Below, piece by piece: positions 34,664 to 35,944 of a stretch of DNA of 35,944 nt (position 1 is the stretch's first letter; each line of letters begins with the position of its first letter). The notes beneath the pieces are model-generated. The model searched no databases and had not been told where the DNA came from. It saw only the letters and a program-made list of their open reading frames with translations. The position numbers were made by a program, and so were the translations under genes. Where the stretch lies: contig JAQUAH010000002.1 of the NCBI GenBank assembly GCA_028687345.1, positions 1 through 35,944 of the forward strand, given 5' to 3'. The stretch comes from Candidatus Omnitrophota bacterium (lineage in GTDB: Bacteria; Omnitrophota; Gorgyraeia; Gygaellales; Profunditerraquicolaceae).

Positions 34664-35944
34664 ATGTCTAAGAAGCCCTCAAAATTTATTGCTTTGCTTA
34701 TTTCTCTTGTTTTAATCTTTCAGCCGGTTATCGGCTATTCCCTGCCGGAAGGATGGGAAGTGCAGTTCGGGAATGCCAATTTTGATTACGATACCTTGAA
34801 TCAAATCCTTAATATTTTTATGTCCTCCGACAGGTTGATTACGAACTGGGAAAGCTTTTCCATCGCCCTTAACGAGATTGTCAATTTCTTCATGCCCTCT
34901 GCTGACAGCATTGCCTTAAACAGGGTAGTAGGAATGGACCCTTCCCAGATATTAGGCCACCTGAATTCTAACGGCAAAATCTTCCTGATTAATCCCAATG
35001 GCATCTTGTTTGGCTCTAACTCTAGAGTAGATACCGCGGGATTAGTCGCCTCTACCTTAAATATCACCAACGAAGACTTCTTGGCCGGAAGATTTACCTT
35101 TTTTGGCCAGGGTGGCTCGGTAGTTAATCAGGGGTATATTAATACACCCGGTGGTTATGCAGTCCTTCTAGGCTCAAACGTAGAGAATGCAGGGATTATC
35201 GAAGCAAATTTAGGTAGCGTAGTTTTGGCTGCCGGCCAGAGAATAACGCTTAATTTAGACCCGCAGGGTTTAATCAGCGTGGTGGTAGATGAAGCAGTAA
35301 CCCAGAATTTGACCGGTGCGCAGGATGCCGTAAAAAATACCGGCAGGATTACCGCTGATGGCGGAAGAGTAATTTTGACTGCTAAGGCATTAGATGGCGT
35401 GTTTAATCGAGCGATTAATAATGAAGGAGTAATTGAGGCAAGGAGCCTGATAAATAGGAGAGGCGAGGTATATTTATTGGCCGGCGGAGAGAATTCAGTG
35501 GTTGCCAATACAGGCACTATTGATGTCAGCGCAAAAGAATCAGGCGCTAACGGCGGTTTTGTGGAATTAAGCGGAGGCCAACTCGATTTTGTTAACGGTA
35601 TTATAAATACAGGAGAGACCGGTGAAGTAGTTTTTGACCCCTGGAATTTTTATATTGGAGACCTTGTAGAGTGGTTCCTGCAACACCTCAGTGGTTCTGC
35701 CACCATAAAAGCCCGCAATAACATTTATACCATTCTTGGTGATTTCGGAGGGGATGATATTCTCAATTTATATAATTTCGTTTCAGGTAGAACTTTTACG
35801 CTACAAGCAGGCAATAGTATTTATCTGAATAACGATTCTATTGTTACTCAGGGCGGAAATATACGCCTTCTTGCTGATGCAGCCGGTGATTACGGTTGGC
35901 CTTGGGGTTGGGTAAATTCTGATGGGCAAGGAGATATCTATCTG
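34664..35944 (+). CDS. TpsA exoprotein, 5' part only (filamentous haemagglutinin-type N-terminal TPS secretion domain + beta-helix repeats); runs off the window
   Basis: Not in the ORF track because it has no stop. I translated it by hand from ATG 34664 (AAAGGAGGAAG RBS): 427 codons open to the window end. Signal peptide. TPS-domain motifs NWESFSI, LNRV, ILGHLNSNGKIFLINPNGILFG, VDTAGLVASTLNI. Confidence 0.9.
   Translation, partial: MSKKPSKFIALLISLVLIFQPVIGYSLPEGWEVQFGNANFDYDTLNQILNIFMSSDRLITNWESFSIALNEIVNFFMPSADSIALNRVVGMDPSQILGHLNSNGKIFLINPNGILFGSNSRVDTAGLVASTLNITNEDFLAGRFTFFGQGGSVVNQGYINTPGGYAVLLGSNVENAGIIEANLGSVVLAAGQRITLNLDPQGLISVVVDEAVTQNLTGAQDAVKNTGRITADGGRVILTAKALDGVFNRAINNEGVIEARSLINRRGEVYLLAGGENSVVANTGTIDVSAKESGANGGFVELSGGQLDFVNGIINTGETGEVVFDPWNFYIGDLVEWFLQHLSGSATIKARNNIYTILGDFGGDDILNLYNFVSGRTFTLQAGNSIYLNNDSIVTQGGNIRLLADAAGDYGWPWGWVNSDGQGDIYL

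Noticed and set aside
34801-35517. Minus-strand ORFs listed in the track. These include 34801-35070 and 35155-35517, and likewise 4689-5066, 13728-14051, 14334-14675, 20597-20971, 21615-21956 and 26298-26672.
   Set aside because: All lie antisense to, or overlap, strongly supported plus-strand genes with clear family motifs. Their translations are low-complexity with no motifs. They are shadow ORFs.
1-35944. CRISPR arrays, tRNA, rRNA or other housekeeping RNA genes.
   Set aside because: No run of regularly spaced direct repeats was seen. The intergenic regions are short (the longest is about 276 nt), and none shows a cloverleaf-type or rRNA-like sequence. The only dispersed repeat family is the REP core described above.

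Overview
This is a 36-kb, moderately AT-rich bacterial chromosomal segment. It is probably from a diderm, because it encodes an Omp85-type TpsB outer-membrane transporter. There are about 30 genes, all but one on the + strand, and many are translationally coupled (ATGA / TGATG overlaps). From left to right: (i) An odd 779-aa membrane protein with a class-I methyltransferase-like core and a Pro/Gln-rich tail, then a small 4-TM protein and a tandem-PilZ c-di-GMP receptor. (ii) A glycan-utilisation island: lipoprotein solute-binding protein, two CUT1-type permeases, two paralogous clan-GH-A-like secreted enzymes, an internally duplicated putative carbohydrate-binding protein, a secreted TPR protein, ROK and LacI regulators, and a coiled-coil membrane protein. 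(iii) Class II ribonucleotide reductase nrdJ, interrupted by a single in-frame TAA. It is preceded by a consensus promoter, an NrdR-box-like palindrome and a hairpin-rich leader, and followed by apgM. (iv) A REP-associated tyrosine transposase (RAYT), the only minus-strand gene. It is bracketed by inverted REP-like units whose core GGGACGGTTCT recurs as a hairpin cluster after nadE. (v) mnmG, a QueG-like Fe-S protein, a PiT phosphate transporter with its DUF47 partner, and an orphan receiver domain. (vi) A nitrogen operon: Lrp/AsnC regulator, aminotransferase, glnA, GAF-ANTAR, nadE. (vii) A two-partner secretion locus: a Q/N-rich small secreted protein, TpsB, and the 5' part of TpsA, which runs off the window. 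No rRNA, tRNA or CRISPR array was seen. All functional calls come from motif recognition by eye on the supplied translations and on my own reading of the DNA; no database search was run.
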